DNA of 64,000 nt from a bacterium (GCA_963674965.2 CAXXFL010000001.1:128001-192000); one strand, 5' to 3'. Counted from the stretch's first letter, positions 48,327 to 58,148 are shown. Numbers and translations: made by a program. The notes: generated from the sequence alone by a model not told the origin.

Positions 48327-50051
48327 CTAAGGCTCATTAATAACCGTGTACCTTTTCCCGTCCCAGGCAAAGGCGTAGTCGTATCGCGAGGCGTCAGGGG
48401 AAGGGGTCTTTGGCTGGGAGGAGCCTGGATACATGGAGGAGAGGGCGTCGCCCTCGACGGCGCGGGTTAGAAGGCGACCGTCGATGATGGCCGTTCCCGC
48501 GGAGAGGTTTCCATTGATGAGGGCCATGAATTTCATCTCGTCCGCCCGTCTTGCCGCGGTGAAATAATCCGCCGCCGGGCCGGGGCGGCCGATCAGTATG
48601 GCCAGGTACCCCTGGTAGGCCCCGACGATGGATTTGTTCTGGCCCAGTTCGACGGCCTTTTCCATATAATCGAGGGCGGGGGCGTAATACTCCGGATACC
48701 TGTAGATGAAGGCCAGCACGCAGGCCTGGTTGAAATAGGAAAGCCCCGCGTACTTCTCGCTGAACTCGAGTTTCTTTTTTACCTCATCGAGGCTCGGCGC
48801 GGGGTCCGGCGTTTGGGCCAGGCCGGCGTCGGCCAGCCCTTGCGCCACCATGCCCGCGATCAGGTAATTGCAATTCAGAGTCGGATGGCATCCGTCCATG
48901 AAAAGGTCGAAGCCGGGAAGCGAGGCGCCCGAGCTTTCCCTTAACTCTCGATCGACGTCGATGAGGGGTATGCGCTCCTCGCGAGCCATGGCCCTTAGTC
49001 CCTCGTTGTAAGAGGGGGGCGTTTGCTGGAAGAAGTCGGCCCTCTCGACCGCGGTCTCGAGGTTTTCCACCGCTCCGTTCCGGTCTCCCGCCATTAAATC
49101 GGCTTTGCCCAGGAAGAACCATGCCTTGGCCCAATCGGGATCGGCCCGGGTGATTTCCTTGCCCATGGCGGCGGCGGCGATCGGGTCTTGGTTTTGGAGC
49201 AGATTCCTGACTTTCTCCAGATCGGCCTCCAACTTATCCAGTTCAATATCGGAGAGGCCCTTCGAGTGGGCCGACTTCATGGGGGCCCACCCGGCCAGGT
49301 TCGAGCCGGGCGTGGCCAGGAACACGGCCGCGCCCCCCGACCTGGCGACCTCGATCATTTGGCTCACGCGCAAAAGGTAGAGCCTTCGGGCCAGGTCCCT
49401 TTTAGCCGGGGGGTTGAGCCACTTGCCGCTTTCGCTTTCCATGCGGGCAACGTCCCGCATGAGGCTTACGGCCAGTCCTTTTTCCATGAGGCGGGCCATG
49501 AACTGTATGGGCAGGTTGTATATCCTCGATCTCCGGCGAAGCCACCAGACCGCCCGGCTCAGGACCGGGTGGGTCAAATCGTTGATTCTTTCGTAAGCCA
49601 GTATCTCGTTGTTGCCCGCGTAGATGACCACCGCGTCGGGCTCGAGAAGAGGGACCGCGTCCTCGAGGGTTTCCCGCTGGAAGGCGGTATTGACTCCGTT
49701 GACGGCCAGGTTGACTATCTCGAGGCGCCCCCCCTCGGTCGGCTCGAGCATGGCCCGCGCCATCTCGGGAAATCCCGCTCCCTCGAAGGGATAGCCGTTG
49801 GCCGCGCTCTCGCCCATCACCAGCACGCGCTTTAAATCCTTGGGCTTGGGTACTTGAATGGGTTTTATCCTGGCGTTGAAGACATAGGAGCATTCGAGGG
49901 CGCCGCCGCTTTCCTTGCAGTCGAAGGGCGCAAAGACTTTGCCCTTGCCCGAGAGGGCCAGTCCGGCCTCGGCGAGAATAATAAAGATAAGAGCGGCGGC
50001 GAGGGCGTAGGCCAATCGCCTGGCCGCTGAAAGCCTGGTTTTGGAATCCAT
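48327..50051 (-). CDS. membrane-anchored SGNH/GDSL hydrolase-like protein with TPR segments
   Basis: N-terminal TM; MGESAANG, NLAVNG, YAGNNE and DGCHP blocks; AKAWFFLG TPR-like segment. Confidence 0.75.
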   Translation of the reverse strand: MDSKTRLSAARRLAYALAAALIFIILAEAGLALSGKGKVFAPFDCKESGGALECSYVFNARIKPIQVPKPKDLKRVLVMGESAANGYPFEGAGFPEMARAMLEPTEGGRLEIVNLAVNGVNTAFQRETLEDAVPLLEPDAVVIYAGNNEILAYERINDLTHPVLSRAVWWLRRRSRIYNLPIQFMARLMEKGLAVSLMRDVARMESESGKWLNPPAKRDLARRLYLLRVSQMIEVARSGGAAVFLATPGSNLAGWAPMKSAHSKGLSDIELDKLEADLEKVRNLLQNQDPIAAAAMGKEITRADPDWAKAWFFLGKADLMAGDRNGAVENLETAVERADFFQQTPPSYNEGLRAMAREERIPLIDVDRELRESSGASLPGFDLFMDGCHPTLNCNYLIAGMVAQGLADAGLAQTPDPAPSLDEVKKKLEFSEKYAGLSYFNQACVLAFIYRYPEYYAPALDYMEKAVELGQNKSIVGAYQGYLAILIGRPGPAADYFTAARRADEMKFMALINGNLSAGTAIIDGRLLTRAVEGDALSSMYPGSSQPKTPSPDASRYDYAFAWDGKRYTVINEP

Positions 50052-50165
50052 AGCCGTCTGAAAAATAACATTATATGGGGTCCCTGACAAAACGGGGGGC
50101 CCGCTTCGCGGCCAAACTCGCCCGGGTTTTTTGTTCGCTCGGGCCAAGGCCCTTATAATTGGCCT

Positions 50166-51701
50166 ATGGTTAAAAGATTTATCCGGCGGCCTTTCGAGGC
50201 CCTTTTGGTTTTCATCGCGGGCCTGTCGGCCCTGCGGCTGGCTCTCATCGTAACCTTCCCCATGAGCCCGGACGAGGCTTATTACTGGACATGGTCCCGC
50301 CGCTTGGCCTTTTGCTATTACGACCAGCCGGGCATGATCGCCTGGGTCGATCGGCTCTTCGGCCTGCCTTTTCAGACCGCCACCGTCTTCAGCGTAAGGC
50401 TGGCCGCGGTCGCGGCCTCGGCCTTGACCTCGTGGCTCCTTTACCGGACTTACCTCGAGTACAGGGGAAGCAAGGGCGAGGCCGCTCTCTTCGCGATCGT
50501 CTTTTCCATCCTTCCCTTTTCCTGGCTGGCGGGAATCATGATCGTCCACGACACGGTCCTTTTGCCCTGGCTGGCGGCCTCCTTCTGGGCCATTGTCCGG
50601 CTGGTCAAAAGGAACGGGAAAGCCTTTGACTGGTTCGCCCTGGCCCTGGCCCTGACGGGCGCCATGTACGCCAAGTTCTCGGCCGTGATGGTCGCGTGGG
50701 GTATCGTCCTGTACATGGTGGTCTCTCCCAAGGGCCGAGGATGGTGGAAAACCTGGCCGCCTTACGCCGCCGGATTAACCGCGGCCGTCCTTTACCTGCC
50801 GGTAATTTTATGGAACGCCGAGCACGACTGGATCAGCGTGCGAGCGGTAAGGGACCTGACGAACATGCGCGAACTGACTTTGGGAGACCGTTTCAGCTAC
50901 GTCCTCGAGTACGCGCTCTCCCAGGTCGGGATATTCAATCCCCTTATCGGCGTCATCGTGTTCGGGGCGCTTTTCAAGGGCATACGAGAAGCTTTCCGCG
51001 ACCCGAAGAACGACGAGGTCCTTTTGCCGGTTTGCCTGGCCGCCGCGGTATTCGCGTATTTCTTCAAGCAGTCTTTCTCGAGCCACGTTTACGGCAACTG
51101 GCCGGGCGTGGCCTATATTCCCGCGGCCATGCTGGGAATGAGGGCCGTCTCGCTCCGGGTCCGCGAAAAAGGCGGCGGGCTTTTCGGGGCCAGGTTCGCC
51201 TTGGCGGCCCTGGGGTTCAACGTCTTCATAATAATTATTTTCAGTTTGCACTTTCACGCGCGCCTTTTCTCTCCCGTCCTTCGCTCCATCGAGGAAAGCC
51301 GGGACCTGGACAAACGGATTGACTGGAGACTGGACCAGGACTTCGAGGGCTGGGATGAATTGGCCTCCCTGGTGGAGGGGGCCATGGACGGGGCCGACTT
51401 CATCCTGACCAGGCGGTATCAGATGGCAAGCATGCTGGAGTTCCAGGTAAAGGGACAGCCTTTCGTCGAGTGCTATACCGAGGGTATCAGGGGAAACCAG
51501 TGGGACGTCTGGTCCACGCTCGGGGAGCGGGCCGGACAGGACGCGCTTTACGTTGACGACCGGATGGCGGCGCGCCAGATACGCGAGCTTTGCGAGGAAT
51601 TCACTCCCATCCACGAGCCGTACGTGATCGGAGAAAAAACCATGCCGGCCAAGCGATTTTACATTTACAGGTGCTCGGGTTTCAAGGGAGTCGAAAAATA
51701 A
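50166..51701 (+). CDS. GT-C glycosyltransferase (GT39/ArnT/PMT-like)
   Basis: PDEAYYWTWS...YYDQP, many TM helices, WNAEHDW. Confidence 0.85.
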   Translation: MVKRFIRRPFEALLVFIAGLSALRLALIVTFPMSPDEAYYWTWSRRLAFCYYDQPGMIAWVDRLFGLPFQTATVFSVRLAAVAASALTSWLLYRTYLEYRGSKGEAALFAIVFSILPFSWLAGIMIVHDTVLLPWLAASFWAIVRLVKRNGKAFDWFALALALTGAMYAKFSAVMVAWGIVLYMVVSPKGRGWWKTWPPYAAGLTAAVLYLPVILWNAEHDWISVRAVRDLTNMRELTLGDRFSYVLEYALSQVGIFNPLIGVIVFGALFKGIREAFRDPKNDEVLLPVCLAAAVFAYFFKQSFSSHVYGNWPGVAYIPAAMLGMRAVSLRVREKGGGLFGARFALAALGFNVFIIIIFSLHFHARLFSPVLRSIEESRDLDKRIDWRLDQDFEGWDELASLVEGAMDGADFILTRRYQMASMLEFQVKGQPFVECYTEGIRGNQWDVWSTLGERAGQDALYVDDRMAARQIRELCEEFTPIHEPYVIGEKTMPAKRFYIYRCSGFKGVEK

Positions 51702-51724
51702 AAGGCTATTTTTTTCTTTTCGAT

Positions 51725-51754
51725 TTGACAGCAAAATAAAGTATTGATAATAAT
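51725..51754 (+). promoter_or_regulatory. probable sigma70-like promoter of the PilZ-Hsp70 unit
   Basis: TTGACA followed by an AT-rich GATAATAAT segment; exact -10 position ambiguous. Confidence 0.45.
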
Positions 51755-51889
51755 AAAGATTGCATTATAGCGCCCGCCCTGGTACATGGCGGGAGATTCT
51801 GGGCGTATCCGCTCGTCGAATATCATCGCGGGCGAAAAGATATAGGCGTTTTCTTCAGCGCCGGGCTTCCGGCGAGGAGTGGTGGTTTT

Positions 51890-52588
51890 ATGGGACGACG
51901 CGAGTTATTGCGAATAGACGCCAAGGTGGAAGTCGAGTTTAACAACTTCGAGCAGTTCTACCGGGAGTATACCAAAAATCTCTCCAAGGGCGGCATATTC
52001 ATCAAGACCTCGAACGTCCTCAAGCCCCAGTCCATATTGGAGATATCCTTGAAGCTTCCGGGCGTCAACCGTCCTCTCAGCCTGGTGGGTGAGGTGGTGC
52101 ACGTCATCGAGCCCGAGTTGGCCTCGGGACACGGATGGGACCCGGGCATGGGCGTTCATTTCGTCGATTTCGAGGAGTCGATCCAGCGGGTGATCGAGCA
52201 GTATATCGCTCGGAAGATCAAACAGGACTCGGGAGGCAAGGTCAGCGACAGGCGGGCCCACTCGAGGGTGGCCATGCGTCTTCGGGTAAAGTTTCCCAGC
52301 CTCGACGTTCTGGAGCACGACTACTCCGAGGACATCAGCAGGGGCGGTATATTCATCCAGACGAAGAAGCCCCGGAGCGTGGGCGAGCGCTTGATCCTTA
52401 CCCTGGTCCATCCCGAGACGGGCCAGGAGATCGAGCTTTTGGGCGAGGTGGTCAGGGTCAACAATGAGGACCCCCAATCGCCGGGAACGCAGACGGGAAT
52501 GGGAATCAGGTTCGTGGACGTGGACAAGGCCAAGTCCAAGTCCATCGAGAAGTTCCTGGGACTGGACTTTCCCGTCGAGAGCATTTAA
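51890..52588 (+). CDS. tandem PilZ-domain protein (myxobacterial TIGR02266-like)
   Basis: RELLR...NLSKGGIF and RAHSR...DISRGGIF; GMGVHF / GMGIRF. Confidence 0.88.
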   Translation: MGRRELLRIDAKVEVEFNNFEQFYREYTKNLSKGGIFIKTSNVLKPQSILEISLKLPGVNRPLSLVGEVVHVIEPELASGHGWDPGMGVHFVDFEESIQRVIEQYIARKIKQDSGGKVSDRRAHSRVAMRLRVKFPSLDVLEHDYSEDISRGGIFIQTKKPRSVGERLILTLVHPETGQEIELLGEVVRVNNEDPQSPGTQTGMGIRFVDVDKAKSKSIEKFLGLDFPVESI

Positions 52589-52682
52589 CTCGCCTTGGCC
52601 TTGGGGGCGCGAAAAAACGGCGAGACTTGGCGTAAGGTTTCGCGTGGCATAAATTCAAATAACCGATCGGCCGGAAAATTTT

Positions 52683-54197
52683 ATGAGCAAAATAATTGGA
52701 ATAGACCTTGGCACGACGAACTCATGCGCGTCGATCGTCGAAAAGGGACAGCCTAAAGTCATCCCCTTCGCGAAGGGCTACCTGACCATACCCTCGGTCG
52801 TGGCCTTCACCCAGGAGGATGAGCTTTTAGTCGGACCCGACGCCGTCAGACAATCTCTCAACAACCCGGAGAACACCATCTATGGGTCGAAACGGCTGAT
52901 GGGCAGACAATACTCGTCCTTCATCGTCCAGCGGGTGAAAAAGCTTTTCCACTACGAGATAGTCGAGGGAGACGGAGGGGAATGCTCGGTCATCGGCAAC
53001 GGCCACCCCTTCACCATTCCCGAGATATCCTCGATGATCCTCCGGGCCATCAAGCAGTCGGCCCAGGAACACCTCGAGGTCGACGACCTCAAGGCCGTCA
53101 TCACGGTCCCCGCCTACTTCACCGACCGCCAGCGCTCGGCCGTCCGGGAGGCCGGAAAGATGGCGGGTCTCGAGGTCCTCCGCATTATCAACGAGCCCAC
53201 CGCCGCGGCCCTCGCCTTCGGCTACAGGAAGGGCGGCGACAAGAAGATAGTGATCTACGACCTCGGGGGCGGGACCTTCGACGTCTCGGTCCTCGAGCTG
53301 GGCGAGGGCGTCTACCGGGTCCTGGCCACTTACGGCGACACCTTCCTGGGCGGCGTCGATTTCGACAACCGCCTGGTCGAGCACCTTATCAACCGCATGC
53401 TCCGGGACCAGAGGGTCGACCTCATCGGCGACAGGGTGGCCCTGCAAAGGGTCCGCATGGCGGCCGAGGAGGCCAAGAAGGAGCTGTCCCTTCGCAACGA
53501 GACCCACATCCATCTGCCCTATATCGCCACCGGCCTGTCCGGTCCCGTCGAGATGAACTACACCATAACCAGGGGCGAGTTCCAGACCATGGTCAGTTCC
53601 CTGGTGGACAAGACCATCGAGATTTGCCAGGTCGCCCTCGAGATGGCCCAGACCTCGCGCGAGGAAATCCACGACGTGGTGCTGGTGGGCGGCCAGACCC
53701 GCATGCCCCTCATCTGGGAAAAGATCAAGGAATACTTCGGCAAAAGCCCGTCCAAGGGCGTCCATCCCGACGAGGTCGTGGCCATGGGAGCGGCCATCAT
53801 GGCCGACATTATCTCGAGCGGCGAAACCGGGGTCCTGCTTTTGGACGTGGTCCCCCTTTCCATCGGGCTCAAGCTGGGAAACAACAAGTTCAAGGTGCTT
53901 ATTCCCCGCAACAGCCAGACGCCGGTCAAGAAGACCGAGACCTTCACCACCGGGAAGGACGACCAGAAAAACATCAAGCTCACCATTTTGCAGGGCGAGT
54001 CGGAAGAGGCGGACAAGAACGAGCTCCTGGCCAAGGTCCTCATCACCGACCTTCCTCCCGCCAAAAAAGGAGAACTACAGATTCTTACCTCCTTTACCGT
54101 CAACGCCGACGGCATCCTCAACGTGACGGCCGAGGTCAAGGGCACGGGGCAAAAGGTGGAAACCATCATCTCACAGAGGGGCGGACAAAAAGATTAA
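52683..54197 (+). CDS. Hsp70/DnaK-family chaperone paralog (504 aa, no C-terminal lid)
   Basis: [42 protein letters not shown] and LLLDVVP. Confidence 0.93.
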   Translation: MSKIIGIDLGTTNSCASIVEKGQPKVIPFAKGYLTIPSVVAFTQEDELLVGPDAVRQSLNNPENTIYGSKRLMGRQYSSFIVQRVKKLFHYEIVEGDGGECSVIGNGHPFTIPEISSMILRAIKQSAQEHLEVDDLKAVITVPAYFTDRQRSAVREAGKMAGLEVLRIINEPTAAALAFGYRKGGDKKIVIYDLGGGTFDVSVLELGEGVYRVLATYGDTFLGGVDFDNRLVEHLINRMLRDQRVDLIGDRVALQRVRMAAEEAKKELSLRNETHIHLPYIATGLSGPVEMNYTITRGEFQTMVSSLVDKTIEICQVALEMAQTSREEIHDVVLVGGQTRMPLIWEKIKEYFGKSPSKGVHPDEVVAMGAAIMADIISSGETGVLLLDVVPLSIGLKLGNNKFKVLIPRNSQTPVKKTETFTTGKDDQKNIKLTILQGESEEADKNELLAKVLITDLPPAKKGELQILTSFTVNADGILNVTAEVKGTGQKVETIISQRGGQKD

Positions 54198-54987
54198 TCC
54201 CATCAAGACCGGATACGCGTCTCTTCTGATCGCCCTCGCGGCCGCTCTCTTTCCCTTTTCATCCCCGGCCGAGAGTACCGTCGGGCCCCGCTTAAAGGAA
54301 TACTTTAAAGACCAGTTCATCGTCCACCTGAGGGACGGAGCCAAGGCGACCTTTTTGGACTCGAGAAACCTCATGTGGCTGGGAGCCGGGGCCGCCATGA
54401 CCGCGGGCGCCCATCAATACGACGGCGACGCGCAAGATTACTTCCGCGAGCGTCCCATGAACGAGTCGGCCTCGGATTTCGGGAACCAGGTCTGGGGAGA
54501 CGGGCTTTTCCAGGCCGGCCTGGCCGCCTCCATCATGATGACGGGCTACGCCGCCGGGGACCCTCAAACCTCGGATCTGGGAGAGACCCTGGCCGAGGCC
54601 CTTATCATCCAGGGCATTACGGTCAACCTGATCAAACCCGTCGCCGGCAGGGAAAGACCCAACGGCGAAAACGACCTTTCCTTTCCCTCCGGCCATACCT
54701 CGACCGCCTTTTGCACGGCCGCCGTCCTCCACGACCGCCTGGGCCTGTGGGCCGGCCTCCCGGCCTACGCCCTCGCCGCCATGACGGGGGCCGCCCGTAT
54801 TGACGACGAGGCGCATTACCTTTCCGACGTGGTCATGGGGGCGGCCATCGGCGCGGTCACGGGCTACGCCGTCTCGAGGTCGCGGGACGACCGGCCTTTC
54901 CGGCCCCGGCCCGGCGTGAAGCCCGTGGCCGTCGTGCCCTTTTACTCTCCCCAGGGCAGGGGCCTGGCCCTGGTCGTTCCTCTTTGA
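54193..54987 (+). CDS. PAP2-family phosphatase, probably exported/membrane; probable ATT start
   Basis: KPVAGRERP, SFPSGH and ARIDDEAHYLSDV; the frame stays open upstream of the called TTG 54355 and encodes a signal-like peptide. Confidence 0.85.
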   Translation: MNPIKTGYASLLIALAAALFPFSSPAESTVGPRLKEYFKDQFIVHLRDGAKATFLDSRNLMWLGAGAAMTAGAHQYDGDAQDYFRERPMNESASDFGNQVWGDGLFQAGLAASIMMTGYAAGDPQTSDLGETLAEALIIQGITVNLIKPVAGRERPNGENDLSFPSGHTSTAFCTAAVLHDRLGLWAGLPAYALAAMTGAARIDDEAHYLSDVVMGAAIGAVTGYAVSRSRDDRPFRPRPGVKPVAVVPFYSPQGRGLALVVPL

Positions 54988-55029
54988 CTCGCGTCCGCTT
55001 CATTGGCCGGGATTAGGGCGTTATATTAT

Positions 55030-57030
55030 ATGCTCATGGTTTCCGACTACGAGAGGGAGGTCAAGTGGTTCCTGGGTCCGAAGGGCCCCTTGGCCGAGAG
55101 CCTCGAGCGCTATGAGGACCGGCCCGACCAGATAAGGATGGCGGGCTCGGTGCTGAGCGCCCTCGAGAAGCGGTCCATTTTAATCGTCGAGGCGGGAACG
55201 GGCACGGGCAAGACCCTGGCCTACCTGGTTCCGGCCATCTACTCGGGGGGAAGGGTCGTCATCTCGACCGGCACCAAGGCCCTGCAGGAACAGCTCGTGA
55301 ACAAGGACCTGCCGGTCCTCACCCGGCGCTTCAAGATCGAGGCGGCGGTGATGAAGGGGAGGAACAACTACCTCTGCCGCCGCAGGTACCGCGAGTTCGG
55401 CATGGCCCCCACCTTCCGCTTCCGCGAGGAAATCCCCTTTTACGAGCGCGTAAGGGATTGGGCGTCCGCCACCAAAACCGGGGACCGGGCCGAGATAAGG
55501 GACCTGCCCGACGAGTTCTCGGCCTGGCGCGAGATAAGCTCGACCAGCGAGCAGTGCGTGGGCCAGAAGTGCGAGTTCTTCGACGACTGCTTCGTCACCA
55601 GGATGAGGGCCAGGGCCCAGATGGCGGACGTCGTGGTGGTGAACCACCACCTCTTCTTCGCCAACATGTCCATCCCCAAGGAGGCCCAGGTGAACCTCAT
55701 ACCCTCGTACCAGGCGGCCATACTGGACGAGGCCCACGGCTTGGCCGAGACGGCGGCAGAGTACTTCGGCGCCCAGGTCAGCACCTGGAGGGTGGACGAC
55801 CTGGCCCGCGATATAAGGCGCATGGAGAGGATCGGGGAGGTGGACGTGGACGACCTTGCCGCCATGCTCAAGTCCCTCGAGACGGCGGAGGAGGCCTGCC
55901 GCTCCGCCTTCAAGACCATCGCCCGGGCCGGCGCCAGAGGCATGGCCCTGGACGGCGCTCGCTTCTCCATCGCCGAGATCAAGGACAGGGGCTCCGTCCT
56001 CGAGGAGTCGGAAAGGGCCTCGACGGAGCTTCTCTTCCTGGCCAGGGCCCTGGCGGGGTTCGGGAGAAAGGACGAGTACGTCATGAACCTGGCCGGACGG
56101 GCCCAGGCCCTGTCCGAGGACTTCGCCTTCATCATCACCCGGGACGAGCCGGACCACGTGTACTGGGCCGAGACCAGGGGAAGGGGAGTCATCCTCCGGG
56201 CCAGCCCCATCGAGCTCGGGCCCATCATGGAGCAAAAGCTCTTCAGCGACGAGACCCCCATCGTGTTCACCTCGGCCACCCTGGCCGTGCAGGACAAAAA
56301 GAGGTGGTCTTATTCCCACTTCAAGTCCGAGATCGGACTCGAGGGGACCGAGCGGGAAGTTACCGAGATACACCTGCCCTCCAGCTACGACTGGAAAAAA
56401 CAGGCCATACTCTACGTGCCGCGCCATTTGCCCGACCCCTCGTCCCCCGACTTCATCGTCGAGGCGTCAAGGGAAATGCTGAGGATTCTCCGCATCAGCA
56501 AGGGACGGGCCTTTTTGCTTTTCACCAGCTACAGGAACCTCGAGGCCGCCCACGAGCTGCTCGAGCCGCACCTGGACTTCCCCGCCCTCAAGCAGGGAGA
56601 CGCGCCCAAGGGAGAGCTGCTCGAGGAGTTCAGGCGCGACGAAAGCTCGGTCCTCTTCGCCACCCAGAGCTTCTGGGAGGGGGTGGACGTGGCGGGCAAG
56701 TCCCTCTCCTGCGTGATCGTGGACAAGCTGCCCTTCGCCTCGCCCGGCGACCCGCTCACCTCGGCCAAGATCGAGCGCGTTCGCAAAAACGGCGGCAACC
56801 CCTTCATGGATTTCCAGCTCCCCCGCGCCGTCATCTCCCTCAAGCAGGGCCTGGGCAGGCTCATCCGCTCCCGCGAGGACTACGGCGTCCTCGCCGTCCT
56901 CGACGGCCGCCTCCACAAAAAGCGCTACGGCAAGACCTTCCTCGACAGCCTCCCCCCCGCCCCAATAACCGACAAACGCGAGGACCTCGCCGCGTTCATG
57001 GAAGAAAAGGAAGGAGGGGGAAAGGGGTGA
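55030..57030 (+). CDS. DinG/YoaA-family ATP-dependent DNA helicase
   Basis: EAGTGTGKT, KGRNNYLC, Fe-S Cys, VVNHHL, DEAH, FWEGVD and QGLGRLIR. Confidence 0.93.
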   Translation: MLMVSDYEREVKWFLGPKGPLAESLERYEDRPDQIRMAGSVLSALEKRSILIVEAGTGTGKTLAYLVPAIYSGGRVVISTGTKALQEQLVNKDLPVLTRRFKIEAAVMKGRNNYLCRRRYREFGMAPTFRFREEIPFYERVRDWASATKTGDRAEIRDLPDEFSAWREISSTSEQCVGQKCEFFDDCFVTRMRARAQMADVVVVNHHLFFANMSIPKEAQVNLIPSYQAAILDEAHGLAETAAEYFGAQVSTWRVDDLARDIRRMERIGEVDVDDLAAMLKSLETAEEACRSAFKTIARAGARGMALDGARFSIAEIKDRGSVLEESERASTELLFLARALAGFGRKDEYVMNLAGRAQALSEDFAFIITRDEPDHVYWAETRGRGVILRASPIELGPIMEQKLFSDETPIVFTSATLAVQDKKRWSYSHFKSEIGLEGTEREVTEIHLPSSYDWKKQAILYVPRHLPDPSSPDFIVEASREMLRILRISKGRAFLLFTSYRNLEAAHELLEPHLDFPALKQGDAPKGELLEEFRRDESSVLFATQSFWEGVDVAGKSLSCVIVDKLPFASPGDPLTSAKIERVRKNGGNPFMDFQLPRAVISLKQGLGRLIRSREDYGVLAVLDGRLHKKRYGKTFLDSLPPAPITDKREDLAAFMEEKEGGGKG

Positions 57031-57058
57031 AGGGGGGGTGAGAGATTATCGCATTTTT

Positions 57059-57667
57059 TTATGTGAAGCTTGCAATGCGATTCTCGTCTTGATGCTTCAA
57101 TATTTCTGCTATCACCTCATCATCAAACTCGAATAAAATTGTTGTTAGTTTTCTAATTGAGTCTATAAATGCAATCAAAATTAATGTACTAGGCATTTTC
57201 ATATCATCGTATTTTTCCAGTTGTTGCCTTTTTTCGCCGTCTATATGAAAATATTTGCCATTTAAATACCAATCGATTATTTGCTCTCTAGATGGAGAAA
57301 ACTCCTGTCTTTCAAACCTACAATTAAATCCTCCGACATTAATATCCCTGTCCGCATTAACTTTTTTCCAAGATTCAAATGCATTACGTTCTTTGGAAAT
57401 AATTTTGTCATCCTTGACGTTTTTTTCTATTATATTCCGAATATGAAAGAAATTAACTGGTTCATCATTAAGAATAAACACCCTAAAATCTACTATCATG
57501 GATTGTATAGCCGTTTTGTCAGGCCCTTCAAAAGTTACCCTCTCAACTCCCGTTTCAAAATCATATCTACTTTTTAACGACATTCTTTTGAAAAAGCCCG
57601 CGTTATGCCTTAGTTCATCGACTCTTTTATGAAAGAGTATTAGTTTATTTAAATCATCATTATTCAT
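57059..57667 (-). CDS. hypothetical protein, very AT-rich
   Basis: 202-aa ORF in AT-rich DNA; no family recognised with confidence. Confidence 0.7.
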   Translation of the reverse strand: MNNDDLNKLILFHKRVDELRHNAGFFKRMSLKSRYDFETGVERVTFEGPDKTAIQSMIVDFRVFILNDEPVNFFHIRNIIEKNVKDDKIISKERNAFESWKKVNADRDINVGGFNCRFERQEFSPSREQIIDWYLNGKYFHIDGEKRQQLEKYDDMKMPSTLILIAFIDSIRKLTTILFEFDDEVIAEILKHQDENRIASFT

Positions 57668-57767
57668 GGGCTATTTATATCTATTGTCAATTGAAATAGA
57701 ATGAAAGCCAGTGAGCTATCTACGACTTAGTATCAATCCACACGAACATATTGCCTTAAGATACCTC

Positions 57768-58139
57768 TTAAGCAATGCCATACTTTTTAACATCTCCGGT
57801 ATATGTCACCTTTACACCGGTCTTAGAGCAAACAAGCTCGGTCTCTGTAGACATGTCAATATCAAGGTCTTCACCCCGTAGCCCTTGCCATTGCGCCAGA
57901 TATAAATGAGTGCCGTACTTTTTCTTATTCTTCGTATCCCTTTCTACTCCGCCTTTCCATCCCAGGGGTGGGAGTTCTCCGTTTCTTGCCCGCTTCGCTA
58001 GCCCCGGCTTTTCTTTACTTAATCTTCTACCGACCTCCCAGCAAGTTATCAGCCCCCTATCACTGCCCGTCCAACGCTCATCGTAAGACGCGCCCACTCT
58101 TTCGGGTACTCCGCGGGATCGAAAAACTCTTTGCTCCAT
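57768..58139 (-). CDS. hypothetical protein
   Basis: 123-aa ORF with GAGAGG RBS, 9 nt after the exonuclease stop. Confidence 0.7.
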   Translation of the reverse strand: MEQRVFRSRGVPERVGASYDERWTGSDRGLITCWEVGRRLSKEKPGLAKRARNGELPPLGWKGGVERDTKNKKKYGTHLYLAQWQGLRGEDLDIDMSTETELVCSKTGVKVTYTGDVKKYGIA

Positions 58140-58148
58140 GTGCCTCTC

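Noticed and set aside
50052-50549. N-terminal extension of the 740-aa ORF (and similar long-start calls for pnp, gmk, DUF4416, rSAM and MTase)
   Set aside because: The extensions overlap neighbouring genes or promoters; downstream starts fit the family N-termini and RBS positions better.
52683-54197. Naming either Hsp70 as housekeeping dnaK
   Set aside because: Both lack the lid and the grpE/dnaJ/hrcA context, so the gene symbol is withheld.
55030-57030. DinG as the type IV CRISPR helicase or a defence helicase
   Set aside because: Backbone-like GC and codon usage, YoaA-like motifs and no csf genes.
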